Origin: an uncultured Planctomycetales bacterium
Lineage (GTDB): Bacteria; Omnitrophota; Gorgyraeia; Zapsychrales; JANLHA01
Direction of reading: 5' to 3'
Length of the DNA stretch: 64,000 nucleotides
NCBI GenBank assembly: GCA_964595465.1
Contig: CAZQQI010000008.1
Coordinates: 16,561 to 80,560, forward strand
Below, piece by piece: positions 30,811 to 40,423 of this stretch. A program made the translations under genes and the position numbers. The notes beneath the pieces were generated by a model, which had not been told where the DNA came from, searched no databases, and was given only the letters and a program-made list of their open reading frames with translations. The first letter of the stretch is position 1, and the number at the start of each line of letters is the position of its first letter.

Positions 30811-31119
30811 ATGGCTGTTAAGAAAAAAGCTGCCAAAAAGAAACCGGCGGCAAAAAAGAAGGTGAAGAAAAAAGCCGTAAAGAAAACCGTGGCCAAGAAG
30901 AAAAAACCGGCAGCAAAAAAGAAGGCCGCCAAGAAAACCGTGAAGAAAAAAACGGCAAAAAAGAAAACGACCAAGAAAAAAGCTGCTGCGAAAAAGCCGG
31001 CCAAGAAAAAGACGGCAAAAAAGGCCGTGAAGAAAAAGGCCGCCAAAAAGAAGCCGGCAGCAAAAAAGACTGCCAAAAAGAAGGCCGCGAAAAAGAAAAC
31101 CGCGAAAAGAAAACGCTAA
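30811..31119 (+). CDS. Lysine/alanine-rich histone H1-like nucleoid protein (Hc1/AlgP-tail-like)
   Basis: 102 aa composed almost entirely of AKKK/PAAKKK repeats. Promoter, RBS and terminator are all present. The mirror minus-strand ORF is an artefact. Confidence 0.7.
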   Translation: MAVKKKAAKKKPAAKKKVKKKAVKKTVAKKKKPAAKKKAAKKTVKKKTAKKKTTKKKAAAKKPAKKKTAKKAVKKKAAKKKPAAKKTAKKKAAKKKTAKRKR

Positions 31120-31140
31120 GCGGAATCCTTTTTCTTGAAA

Positions 31141-31168
31141 CCCTCTGCCGCAAGGCAGAGGGTTTTTG
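31141..31168 (+). terminator. Rho-independent terminator
   Basis: CCCTCTGCC-GCAA-GGCAGAGGG hairpin followed by TTTTTGC. Confidence 0.7.
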
Positions 31169-31204
31169 CTTGCTCCGACCTCTAAATCCCTCTAGAATAG
31201 CGCT

Positions 31205-33541
31205 ATGATCAAACAATTCCTGCGCCATATCGTTATTCCCGCTGTGCTGCTGCTATTGCTCAGCGCGGCCTTTTATGATGTTATCTTCTTCAATAAAACG
31301 TTCAAAGTCACGACAGCAAATTCCCAGGCCCTGCCCACAGGTGTCTACGGCCAGGAAGACAATAAACCGCCCTTTATTCCGGTCAACGGAACAGACTCTC
31401 CGGTTCTGGAAGAGCCGGTCTACGCCTTTCTCAAGCACCATCTTCAACAGGGACGTCTCCCCCTGTGGAACCCTCATCAGGGATGCGGATACCCCCTTAT
31501 CGGCATGCTTCAGGTCGGCATCTTCTTCCCGGTAACAGCGATCATGTATCTTTTCCCCTCTCTTTTCGCCTGGGACATTTTGATCCTGACCCGTTTATTC
31601 TTGAGCGGATTATTTATGTTCGGCATGATGCGCTATTTCCGTTTCCGGCAGATCCCATCATTTGCCGCCGCAGTCATCTTCATGCTCAGCGGCCCCATGG
31701 TTTTACTGCAATACTGGACCACCAACGTGGATATCCTTCTTCCGGTGCTCATCCTGACTCTGGAAAGCCTGCTCCGGCGCACAACATTACGGCGGACAGC
31801 GCTTCTTGCCGGAGTCGTTGCCATGACCATTCTCGCGGGACATCCCGAACATATTCTGCTGGTCAATCTCTACGGACTGCTCTTTTTCCTCTACCGCATC
31901 TTTGCCCTGCGGCGCCCTTTTCTGCGGTCCATGATCCTATACGCAGGGGCCTATCTTGGCGGCATCGGCCTGTCCGCGGCGGCTTTTTTTCCCTTTATCT
32001 ATAATTTCCTATTTCACTTCTGGCATGGACACCCATCCGGAACGGGACTCCTCATGGAAGAACAGCCTGCCCGCGCGATCACCCTGGCCCTGCCGCATTT
32101 TTTCCAAAAGGCTCCGATTACCTATCAATGGGTCTTTGCCGGATGGTGGGGCGGCTACCTGGGCACACTCCCTCTTGGCCTGGCCGTGGCCTCTCTCTGG
32201 AAAAAACAAAAACGGGGGCTCAACATTTTTTTCGCTGTTATGGCGGGCGCTGTTTTAGCGAAGGCTTACGGACTGCCGATCATCAACTGGATCGGCCACA
32301 TCCCGCCTTTTGATCTTCCCCGCTATGCGATCCATTCTCCGCCCCTGGCCGCCTTCAGTGCTGCCGCAGCCGCCGGCATGGGGGTCCGTCTCTGCCAAAA
32401 AAAACCTCCTCTTCAGGGAGCGATCATATTTTCTGCCGGCCTCATGCTCATTACCGCAACCCATTTACTTGTTCTGAAAAACAGCGAACACATCACCCTC
32501 TCACTCAGGGCCGCCGCCTATGCCCTGGCACTGCTTATCATCTGGCTTATCCTGCTGACCCTGCGTAAGCAGAAGATCCTTTCGGCCCGCATAACCGGTT
32601 TGCTTTTATGCGGTTTAGTATTTTTAGAACTCGCTTCCTATATCCACCGGGAACGCCCGGAACGGTTTGATTCCTTCCCGCCGGTCCCCTACATTGAACA
32701 GCTGAAAACCGCGCCTCAGCCCGTCCGGAGTTATGGAAATTTCTGGGCTTTTTATCCCAACACCGCCACCGGATACGGTGTGGACGATCTGGGATATTTT
32801 TTCGGTCTGGTTCCCAAACGGTATGTCCATTTTGTCAACCGCCTGCTCATCCCCGAGCATTTTCAGGCGGATTTCCGCAGTCCGTCTCTGCGGGCGATCC
32901 CGATCCAGAACCGCGAGACAATTCTTAACCTGCTCAACGTAGGTTATATTATCGCACCGTCAGACAACCGTCTGATTTCCCGTTTCCCGCATTTCCGTCC
33001 GCTGGGAGATTATCTGCATCGTGTTTACGATGGCGAGGTGCGGGTCTTTCAGCGTCCGGACGTGTTTCCCCGTGCTTTTGTCACACACCGCGCTGTTTTC
33101 GAACCAAATCCGGAAAGACATCTGGATTATGTCCATGCTCTGCGCAGCCGGTTGCGGAATGTCGCCATTATCCAGGCTCCGCCGGACAAGAAAATTCGAG
33201 ACGCGCTCCAGAATACACCGTCCAGAAACCGCTCAACCGCTTATATCACATTACACACGCCGAACCGGGTTGAGGTTCGCGCCTTTATGGAACATCCGGG
33301 CATGCTCGTCCTGAGCGAAACCTATCATCCTGGGTGGAAAGCCTTAGTCAACGGAGAACCTGCCGAGCTCTATCCGGCGGACTACCTCTTTCGTTCCGTC
33401 TTCCTTCCCGCCGGGACGCATACCGTCGAATTTGTCTTTCAGCCCAAAGACTTTTTTGCGGGGATCGCGGTCAGCTTATTTTCTTTCCTGGTCCTTGCCG
33501 GGATCCTATTCTTCCGCATAAAAAAGCCCTCCGGTCATTAA
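31205..33541 (+). CDS. YfhO-family polytopic membrane protein (putative glycosyltransferase)
   Basis: The LWNPHQGCGYPLIGMLQVGIFFP motif region and ~14 TM segments match the YfhO family (PF09586-like). Confidence 0.6.
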   Translation: MIKQFLRHIVIPAVLLLLLSAAFYDVIFFNKTFKVTTANSQALPTGVYGQEDNKPPFIPVNGTDSPVLEEPVYAFLKHHLQQGRLPLWNPHQGCGYPLIGMLQVGIFFPVTAIMYLFPSLFAWDILILTRLFLSGLFMFGMMRYFRFRQIPSFAAAVIFMLSGPMVLLQYWTTNVDILLPVLILTLESLLRRTTLRRTALLAGVVAMTILAGHPEHILLVNLYGLLFFLYRIFALRRPFLRSMILYAGAYLGGIGLSAAAFFPFIYNFLFHFWHGHPSGTGLLMEEQPARAITLALPHFFQKAPITYQWVFAGWWGGYLGTLPLGLAVASLWKKQKRGLNIFFAVMAGAVLAKAYGLPIINWIGHIPPFDLPRYAIHSPPLAAFSAAAAAGMGVRLCQKKPPLQGAIIFSAGLMLITATHLLVLKNSEHITLSLRAAAYALALLIIWLILLTLRKQKILSARITGLLLCGLVFLELASYIHRERPERFDSFPPVPYIEQLKTAPQPVRSYGNFWAFYPNTATGYGVDDLGYFFGLVPKRYVHFVNRLLIPEHFQADFRSPSLRAIPIQNRETILNLLNVGYIIAPSDNRLISRFPHFRPLGDYLHRVYDGEVRVFQRPDVFPRAFVTHRAVFEPNPERHLDYVHALRSRLRNVAIIQAPPDKKIRDALQNTPSRNRSTAYITLHTPNRVEVRAFMEHPGMLVLSETYHPGWKALVNGEPAELYPADYLFRSVFLPAGTHTVEFVFQPKDFFAGIAVSLFSFLVLAGILFFRIKKPSGH

Positions 33542-33552
33542 ACCGGAGGGCT
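33525..33552. terminator. Bidirectional hairpin terminator shared by convergent genes
   Basis: AGCCCTCCGGT / ACCGGAGGGCT stem flanked by an A-run upstream on the plus strand (a U-run for the minus-strand transcript). The yfhO-like TAA stop lies in the loop. Confidence 0.55.
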
Positions 33553-33582
33553 TGTACGTTTCAATGATAAAAATCCGCTTAT

Positions 33583-33975
33583 TTATTTTTTTGCTGTTTT
33601 TTTCTTAGCCGGCTTCTTTTTGGCGGCCTTCTTTTTTGCAGGAGCCTTCTTTTTCGCCGTCTTTTTGACTGTCTTCTTCGCCGTTTTTTTCGGGGCCGTC
33701 TTCTTTGTCTTCGGCTTAACTTTTTTGGCCTTTTTCACGCTCTCCGCCTTTTTCTTCTTGCCGGCTTCTTTCTTCTTGCGGGCCTGAATACGCTGATATC
33801 TTTCCGGCATATGATATTTCATCCACCCTTCGGCGTAAAGCCGCAGCCACTCATCTGTGGCCCGCTCGATACCTATGCTGTAGCCGGCTTTCTGACTCTC
33901 GATCCATAAATGACGGTTGATCTCTTCGATCACGTCTTTATTTTTTAACAACTCCCGTAAATCCGAAATCTTCAT
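33583..33975 (-). CDS. Protein with a small N-terminal globular domain and a C-terminal histone-H1-like lysine/alanine-rich tail
   Basis: The MKISDLRELLKNKD... domain is followed by KKAKKVKPKTKKTAPKKTAKK repeats. GGAGGG RBS 6 nt upstream of the ATG at 33973-33975. Confidence 0.65.
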   Translation of the reverse strand: MKISDLRELLKNKDVIEEINRHLWIESQKAGYSIGIERATDEWLRLYAEGWMKYHMPERYQRIQARKKKEAGKKKKAESVKKAKKVKPKTKKTAPKKTAKKTVKKTAKKKAPAKKKAAKKKPAKKKTAKK

Positions 33976-34071
33976 AACACCCTCCTCTAAAATGATAACA
34001 TCCTCCGTATTTCTGTTAATCAAAATTATACCGATTCCGGCCGGAAGTCAAAGGATTTTTTTATTTCTCTC

Positions 34072-36204
34072 TTACGCCACCGCACTTTCATGCGCGGAGT
34101 CCCGCAAAAAAACAACAGAACCGGAGGTCAATTCATAGATATTCCGCATTGTACGGATATCCGGTTCCTGCTGCATACCGAAAATATCAATGTCCGCCGG
34201 AGGAGCAGAAACCAGGACGGACCGGAAGTCGCCCGACATCACAACCATTTCGGCATTCTCCGGCAGACGGAATCCTTTCCGGACACGCTCTAAATAATCC
34301 CGAGCCAGAGACTCTTCTGCCTCACTGCTCACAGCCTGCAGAATCCTGATCCGCGCTCCCCAGCTTTTCTGCAGCTGAATAGCGGTCAAAATCGCAAGAT
34401 GAATATTGGGACTGCCTTTACGCATCCAGAGATTAATAGTCTGCTCATATTTAAAACGCTTTTCCAGGTCCAGGGCCAGGACCATCAGACCGAGACCTTC
34501 CGCGATACCGCGCTTTAAAATCTCCCTCAGCATCCCGTCATGGTCAGCGTTATGATCCATCACGCTGAATAATGTGTTGGGAGGCAGAAATAATTGCCGG
34601 GTCAACTGTAAGGATATGGTAACAGCCGCAAGCGGATCTCTTGCCTCCAGGACACTCTGTTCAGCAAAGAGCGCCTCATCCCGGAACGATGTGACGATCG
34701 CGGCCATCTGTTCATGAACGGCTATTCTTTCGGCACCGTCCCGCCGGGGATCTTTACCGAACGGCACGATCTTCAGCAATAACAGCCGGCCGGCCGGAGA
34801 GATGATCTGCCGCAGAAAATGCTCGGCATGTCTCATGTCTTCATCGCGGATCAATGGAAAAATAATATTCGGTTTCCAGACTTTAGGATGGTACGGCAGA
34901 CGGGAGGCGGCTTTAACAAGGGTCTCTGCCAGAAAGATCAGCAGGCCGCTGCGGACATCCGCGGTCCGTGTTTTCATCTCGCCTCTGACAAAGATCATGT
35001 ACAAAACAATGATGCCGGCCAAAGCTATCAATGTGAACCGGGCATCAATAACAAACATGGCGCTGAAACAGCCTACACTGCCGGCCAGGGAAACCCAGCG
35101 GGGGATCCTGAAAGATGGGCGGAAACTGGGGATGCCGATCGACTGCTCGATAAAGACCGACAGATTGATCATCCCGTATGTAATTAAAAAGATTTGCGTG
35201 AGCAGTTTAGCCACTGTGTCTAAAGTGCCGAACAGGAAGGTTGTCAAAACAATGAGCGCCGTTAAAAGAACCGCAGCCGTCGGTTCGGCCCGTCCGTTAA
35301 GACGGGAAAAGACGCCGCCGAAAGGGACCATCCGATTCTCCCCCAGCGCCAGCAATGTCCGCGGGGCACCCACGAACATACTTAAGGCAGAAGAGAGTGT
35401 GGCTCCCATAACTCCGGCCACCACAGCCCAGCGCCAGCGTCCCAATTCAATTAGAAGCGTGTTTTCCGATACCAGATCCGACGAGGAAATATGTGTTCCC
35501 AACCAGACCGCGAGAAAAATATAAACGACTAAAGATACTCCAATAGCGGACAACGTTCCCCGGGGGATGGCCTTGCGCGCGTCCGTCAATTCCCCAGACA
35601 TGCTGGCGCCTGCCAGAACCCCGGTCACGGCCGGAAAAAAGATCGCAAAGGCCACCCAAAATTGTCCCGGCGCTGCGCCGCGCCAACTGGCACCGCCCAT
35701 ATATTCCGGATCCCCGCCCAATGCGATCGATAGCAACGAAAACGCGACCACAGCCATAATGACATACTGAATACGAAAGGCGAACCGCGCACTGAAATAT
35801 GAGATCAGCACAACCCCCAGCCAAACCGCGAGAGATACCATGATCATATCATGCTGGGGAAAGATCCACAGCCAAACTTCACTGAATCCGGTGATATAAA
35901 ACGCGACAGAGATGGCCTGGGAAAGATATAAAGGAATACCAATGGCTCCGCCGGCCTCCACCCCCAGAGATTTGGTAATGATCGAATACGCGCCGCCGGT
36001 GCCGATACGGATATTGGTCACAATGCTGGACATGGAAAGCGCCGTAGCGATCGTGATCGCGTTAGCCAGCAAAATGATAACCAGAGCTGACAGCAGTCCG
36101 ACCTGGCCGACGACCCAGCCCAGGCGTAAATACATAATAACGCCCAGAATACTGAGCAGGGTCGGGGTGAACACCCCTTCAAACATGGAGAAGCGTTTGG
36201 CCAT
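34072..36204 (-). CDS. Cation-chloride cotransporter family (SLC12/amino-acid permease superfamily) membrane transporter
   Basis: 12-TM APC-fold N-terminal domain (GTGGAYSII, FFPAVTG) plus a large cytoplasmic C-terminal domain. Confidence 0.7.
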   Translation of the reverse strand: MAKRFSMFEGVFTPTLLSILGVIMYLRLGWVVGQVGLLSALVIILLANAITIATALSMSSIVTNIRIGTGGAYSIITKSLGVEAGGAIGIPLYLSQAISVAFYITGFSEVWLWIFPQHDMIMVSLAVWLGVVLISYFSARFAFRIQYVIMAVVAFSLLSIALGGDPEYMGGASWRGAAPGQFWVAFAIFFPAVTGVLAGASMSGELTDARKAIPRGTLSAIGVSLVVYIFLAVWLGTHISSSDLVSENTLLIELGRWRWAVVAGVMGATLSSALSMFVGAPRTLLALGENRMVPFGGVFSRLNGRAEPTAAVLLTALIVLTTFLFGTLDTVAKLLTQIFLITYGMINLSVFIEQSIGIPSFRPSFRIPRWVSLAGSVGCFSAMFVIDARFTLIALAGIIVLYMIFVRGEMKTRTADVRSGLLIFLAETLVKAASRLPYHPKVWKPNIIFPLIRDEDMRHAEHFLRQIISPAGRLLLLKIVPFGKDPRRDGAERIAVHEQMAAIVTSFRDEALFAEQSVLEARDPLAAVTISLQLTRQLFLPPNTLFSVMDHNADHDGMLREILKRGIAEGLGLMVLALDLEKRFKYEQTINLWMRKGSPNIHLAILTAIQLQKSWGARIRILQAVSSEAEESLARDYLERVRKGFRLPENAEMVVMSGDFRSVLVSAPPADIDIFGMQQEPDIRTMRNIYELTSGSVVFLRDSAHESAVA

Positions 36205-36269
36205 GGATTCCTTATGTCGTATGAAGAAAGGTCATATCGGTTTTTGCAGCCGGTGTTAAGGATGCGGTC

Positions 36270-36449
36270 CTAGCGCGTGCTCTTTTGGTCCGGATGATCT
36301 TCTTCCCGCGTCCCATCGCGGTGCCCTTTTTTGAATTCTTTGACACCCTCGCCCATGGCCCGAAACATTGCGGGAATTTTCCCGGCACCGAATAAAAGCA
36401 CAATTACCAGGGCCACGACCAGGATCTCTGCTAATCCAAAATGCCCCAT
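36270..36449 (-). CDS. tatA: Twin-arginine translocase subunit TatA/E (59 aa, below the ORF-track size cut-off)
   Basis: Minus-strand translation MGHFGLAEILVVALVIVLLFGAGKIPAMFRAMGEGVKEFKKG. AAGGAGAG RBS upstream. Confidence 0.75.
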   Translation of the reverse strand: MGHFGLAEILVVALVIVLLFGAGKIPAMFRAMGEGVKEFKKGHRDGTREEDHPDQKSTR

Positions 36450-36475
36450 AATTTCTCTCCTTGGAACGGCAACCC

Positions 36476-36982
36476 TTATTCTTCCAGAACAACCTGATAA
36501 AAATCCTGATCAAAATTTTCTACTAGACCGACAGGCCTCACATGAGATATCACGTCGAAGACATCCAAAACAGCGACCATTCCCACACGCTTGTCATCCT
36601 GGTAAACCGCCAGGCGATGCCCTTCTTCAACGCCGTTCACCAATCCCAGCGTTACGGTCCAGATACCGGTCTCGCGATCGATCCACAAGTCGCCTTCACG
36701 CCGCTCCCGCTCTTCTGCCAAATTTTCAACATCCTGCCCTGCAGTCTCAGAATTGATCACCACCTCCCGGCCCACCCTCTTTTCTAATTCCCGGGCTGTT
36801 CTCCGGGCGACAACAGTCTCCGCCTCAACAGCAACCATCTCTTCCTGCAGACGACGAGCTTCCGTCATTGTCCTGCGGTAACCTGCGTGCAGAAGATAGG
36901 CAATGACCGCCAGAATAAAAAAAGAGACCCCAATCAGGGCAATTCCGATCAGCAGCTGTTTTTTGCTTGTCTTTTCGCTCAT
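36476..36982 (-). CDS. Hypothetical N-terminally anchored membrane protein
   Basis: Single TM (LLIGIALIGVSFFILAVIAYLL) and a charged coiled region. No recognised domain. Confidence 0.45.
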   Translation of the reverse strand: MSEKTSKKQLLIGIALIGVSFFILAVIAYLLHAGYRRTMTEARRLQEEMVAVEAETVVARRTARELEKRVGREVVINSETAGQDVENLAEERERREGDLWIDRETGIWTVTLGLVNGVEEGHRLAVYQDDKRVGMVAVLDVFDVISHVRPVGLVENFDQDFYQVVLEE

Positions 36983-37020
36983 AGTCTTTCCAGGTCAACG
37001 TCAGTATTGTATCACAGGCA

Positions 37021-38295
37021 TCATTCTTTGCCGATCCGCTCGAACATTTTTTTCTTATACGCCTCGACCCCCGGCTGATTGAACGGATTGACCCCCGAGA
37101 GATATCCGCTGACAGCTACCGCGCGCTCAAAAAAATAATACAACTGTCCCAGATGAACAGCATCCGCCTGTTCCATCGTGAGCGTCATATTCGGCACACC
37201 GCCTTCAAAATGCGCTTCCGCGGTCGCTTCGTAAGCCTGGGTGTTGACATAGTCCAGATCTTTTCCGGCAACACAATTAAACCCGTCCAGATCCTCCTCA
37301 TCCGCCGGGATCATAATGCTGTGTCGGGATGAGGAGATCTGAACAAATGTTTCAAAAACGTTGCGGATCCCGTCCTGCATCCACTGCCCCATGGAATGAA
37401 GGTCAGTCGAAAAGATCATGGATGCGGGGAAAATCCCTCCTCCGTCTTTCCCTTCACTTTCACCGAACAATTGTTTCCACCATTCATTAACCGTGATCAT
37501 GTTGTCATAGAATGACGACAAAACCTCGATCTGACGGCCCTTTGTATACAATAAATGCCGGGCAGCAGCATACTGGTATGCCGTATTTTTGCGCAGATCT
37601 TTTACTCCGTATTCCTGCTCTCCCTGACGGGCCCCTTTGATCAGAGCATGGACATCCACTCCCGCGATCGCCAGAGGGACCAGACCGACCGGCGTCAGAA
37701 CAGAAAATCGTCCGCCGACATCATCCGGAATAATAAAGCTGCGGAACCCGTTCTCATCCGCTATTCGGCGCAGGGCACCTTTTTGGGCATCCGTCACGCA
37801 AATAATACGTTCATTTAATCCATCATGCCCATATTTATCTGTAAGGAATTTTCTGATCACGCGGAATGCCAGGGCCGGCTCTGTCGTGGTGCCGGACTTG
37901 GAAATCATCACAACCGTCACGTCTTTATCTTTCACTTTATCGAGCAGATCATACAGATAGTCAGCAGACATATTCGAACCGGCAAAATACACCGGGATCT
38001 GCGCGGAATCCCGCAGAAAATCCAGAGTCGAACGGATGCCCAGATAAGAGCCCCCGATCCCGATACTGATCAAACAATCGGAACGCCCGCGGACCTCTTT
38101 CCCTAACGCCACAATATCGTCGACAAAGGCGTCATCAATAGCGGACGGTAAGTGCAGCCAGCCGGTATAGTCGCTGCCCGCGCCGGTACCGTTTTCCAGC
38201 TCATCATGGGCCGTTTCTACCCGGGGAGCCAGCGCCGTGATCTCAGCATCGTCGATATATCCTTCTAAATATTTCTGGTCCAGTGTGATCGCCAT
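37021..38295 (-). CDS. pgi: Glucose-6-phosphate isomerase (short ~420-aa form)
   Basis: SIS-domain PGI similarity along the full length. Confidence 0.85.
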   Translation of the reverse strand: MAITLDQKYLEGYIDDAEITALAPRVETAHDELENGTGAGSDYTGWLHLPSAIDDAFVDDIVALGKEVRGRSDCLISIGIGGSYLGIRSTLDFLRDSAQIPVYFAGSNMSADYLYDLLDKVKDKDVTVVMISKSGTTTEPALAFRVIRKFLTDKYGHDGLNERIICVTDAQKGALRRIADENGFRSFIIPDDVGGRFSVLTPVGLVPLAIAGVDVHALIKGARQGEQEYGVKDLRKNTAYQYAAARHLLYTKGRQIEVLSSFYDNMITVNEWWKQLFGESEGKDGGGIFPASMIFSTDLHSMGQWMQDGIRNVFETFVQISSSRHSIMIPADEEDLDGFNCVAGKDLDYVNTQAYEATAEAHFEGGVPNMTLTMEQADAVHLGQLYYFFERAVAVSGYLSGVNPFNQPGVEAYKKKMFERIGKE

Positions 38296-38311
38296 AACAG
38301 TGACCCTTTCT

Positions 38312-39421
38312 TTATTGTCTTGCCTTTATATTGAATTCTGATTTCAACGGCCGCTCGATAACCGCGCCGCCGACCAAACGGTCCTGCGCGTAAAAAGCGA
38401 TATTCTGCCCGGGGGCCGCACCGAATTGCGGCTCAGAAAACCAGGCCTCAATCTCCCCGCCCTCTGCCGGCTTGACCCGCACAGGCGTCTCGGCTGCATT
38501 ATAGCGAATACAGGCCCGTATTTCCATATCTTCAGGGAGCGAACGTAGTCCAAGATCATTAAAATGGCTTGCGCGCAGTCCGAACGTCTGTAAATATTCG
38601 CGGGGGCCGACATAGATCGTGTTTGTTTGGGGATCCATGCGGAAAATATATGCCGGATACCCTAAAGCTATTCCCAGCCCGTCACGCTGTCCCACTGTAT
38701 ACCGCGCAATGCCTTTATGGTCACCAACGACCTTGCCTGTGTGGTCACGAAACACGCCCGGCTGAAACGCCCGTTCCCCCAGGTGCTGCTCTAAAAATTC
38801 CTGATAACCCCCATCTCCACGCACAAAGCAGATATCCTGGCTTTCTTCCCGTGACGCGCACGGCAGGCCGGCCGATTGCGCCATCTCCCAGACGTCCCGT
38901 TTAGTAAATTCTCCCAAAGGAAAACACAGATTTTCAAGCACGTCCTGCTTAAGCAGACATAAGAAATACGACTGATCCTTGCGCCGGTCCCGGGCCTTGT
39001 AGATCGCAACACCTCCGCCGGCTTCGACCAGACGGATATAATGGCCGGTGGCCAGGGCATCCGCACCCCGGCGGCGGACCTCGTCGAACAAGACACCGAA
39101 TTTGACAAAACGGTTGCAGCGGACACAGGGATTGGGCGTCCGGCCGCTGAGATATTCTTCAATAAAGACATCGACCACCTGTTCTTTTTGCGGACGGTCA
39201 ACATCAATGACATGCAAAGGAATGCTCAGGGCTTCGGCGGCTTCGCGCGCAGCCTCAATACTGCCGGCCTTTTCCCCCGGGGGGAGAAACCCGCCCATGG
39301 ACATCGTTACCCCCTCAACCTGAGCGCCTTGATCCAAAAGCAGCCGGGCAGCCACGGATGAATCCACCCCTCCGCTCAGGGCGACAAAGATCTTTTGGGA
39401 TGAAGAGCCAGAAAGTGCCAT
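38312..39421 (-). CDS. mnmA: tRNA-specific 2-thiouridylase MnmA
   Basis: PP-loop VALSGGVDSSVAA and MnmA-wide similarity. Confidence 0.9.
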   Translation of the reverse strand: MALSGSSSQKIFVALSGGVDSSVAARLLLDQGAQVEGVTMSMGGFLPPGEKAGSIEAAREAAEALSIPLHVIDVDRPQKEQVVDVFIEEYLSGRTPNPCVRCNRFVKFGVLFDEVRRRGADALATGHYIRLVEAGGGVAIYKARDRRKDQSYFLCLLKQDVLENLCFPLGEFTKRDVWEMAQSAGLPCASREESQDICFVRGDGGYQEFLEQHLGERAFQPGVFRDHTGKVVGDHKGIARYTVGQRDGLGIALGYPAYIFRMDPQTNTIYVGPREYLQTFGLRASHFNDLGLRSLPEDMEIRACIRYNAAETPVRVKPAEGGEIEAWFSEPQFGAAPGQNIAFYAQDRLVGGAVIERPLKSEFNIKARQ

Positions 39422-39430
39422 CTGCGCCGC

Positions 39431-40423
39431 CTATTCGGTTTGCCGGGACTGCGGTACTGCCTGGGAAGAAGGTTCTTTTTTTGAAGAAGGTTTTCTCCGT
39501 GAACGCGATGAACGGCGGGGACGCCGCGGCCTTGATTTCTGTTTCTGAGGGTCCGCTTTTTCTTCAGGCTGGTCTTTCTGCTGGTCTTTCTGCTGATCTT
39601 CCTGCAGAAGAGCCTTGATCCGCAGCTTACCCCGGCATTGTTCCAATATTTCTGCCTGGTCCATTGTTTTTAAATGCGGGATCACGCCCAAAACAGGGAC
39701 ATCGGCAGCCTGGCGCAGATAATGAGCATTGCTCATAAACCCTCCCGAGGTCTCAGCATCATTTTCTGCTGTAAGGATGATCCCTTTGGGTACCAAGCCG
39801 GCCTGACTCAGCTGGGAAACAGCCATCATGACAAAATTGATCGCGTTATCATCATTCTGGGACACAAGAATGATACCGGCAGCCAATTCACGAGCCAGAT
39901 CCAGTGTCGTATATTTTGAACCAAGCGGAGTCAACGGTCCTCCTGAACCTTCCACACATACCAAATCATATTTTTTGGCTAATTCAGAATATGCGCCCTT
40001 GATCTTGTTGATACTAAAGCGCTTACGCCTGCGTTTCAGAGCGGAATGCGGCGGCAGTTTTTCGGGTAAAAAATAAGGACACGCGAGATCACGCGCTTCA
40101 GAAATATCCAATGTTTTCAAAACGTCTTCTGTTTTATCTCCCCCGCATGTTACCGGCTTCATCACTCCGATCGTTGTTCCGTGTTTCTGCAATAACGCGC
40201 CCAAAACCTTAATGGCTGACGTCTTTCCGCTGGCAAATCCGGTTCCCATAAAAAAGAGACCCTTCCCTGCTGTTTGCTGTGTTTCCTCAGGCTGAGGATG
40301 CTCTTCAGCTTTAACCTCATCCGCCTCGGGGTCAAAATCAAAAAAATCCAGGGGGTTCACAACCTCCCCGATAACTTCCTTTTCATCCGCTGCTGTTTTT
40401 TTTCCTGGTCTTCCTCTGTTCAT
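39431..40423 (-). CDS. Dethiobiotin synthetase (BioD)-like P-loop protein with acidic N-terminal and basic low-complexity C-terminal extensions
   Basis: GTGFASGKTS P-loop, KPV, and VCVEGSGG motifs. C-terminal QQKDQQKD...RPRRPRRSSRSRRKPSSKK tail. Confidence 0.55.
   Translation of the reverse strand: MNRGRPGKKTAADEKEVIGEVVNPLDFFDFDPEADEVKAEEHPQPEETQQTAGKGLFFMGTGFASGKTSAIKVLGALLQKHGTTIGVMKPVTCGGDKTEDVLKTLDISEARDLACPYFLPEKLPPHSALKRRRKRFSINKIKGAYSELAKKYDLVCVEGSGGPLTPLGSKYTTLDLARELAAGIILVSQNDDNAINFVMMAVSQLSQAGLVPKGIILTAENDAETSGGFMSNAHYLRQAADVPVLGVIPHLKTMDQAEILEQCRGKLRIKALLQEDQQKDQQKDQPEEKADPQKQKSRPRRPRRSSRSRRKPSSKKEPSSQAVPQSRQTE

Noticed and set aside
30768-31076. 102-aa minus-strand ORF (poly-Phe/Ala, FFFAAGFF...) and a second minus ORF at 30818-31228
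   Set aside because: These are mirror images of the lysine-rich repeat gene on the plus strand (AAG/AAA codons read as TTT/CTT antisense). The plus-strand gene has a promoter, RBS and terminator, and the antisense ORFs have none.
30811-34023. Possible CRISPR-like or tandem DNA repeat array in the lysine-rich regions
   Set aside because: The periodicity is at the codon or short-peptide level (AAG AAA GCC), imperfect and without spacer/repeat architecture. It is protein-level low complexity, not a CRISPR array.
40383-40423. 41-nt overlap between birA and the BioD-like gene as a possible frameshift or pseudogene signal
   Set aside because: Both ORFs retain full-length family motifs. Short overlaps are common in this compact array, so there is no evidence of disruption.
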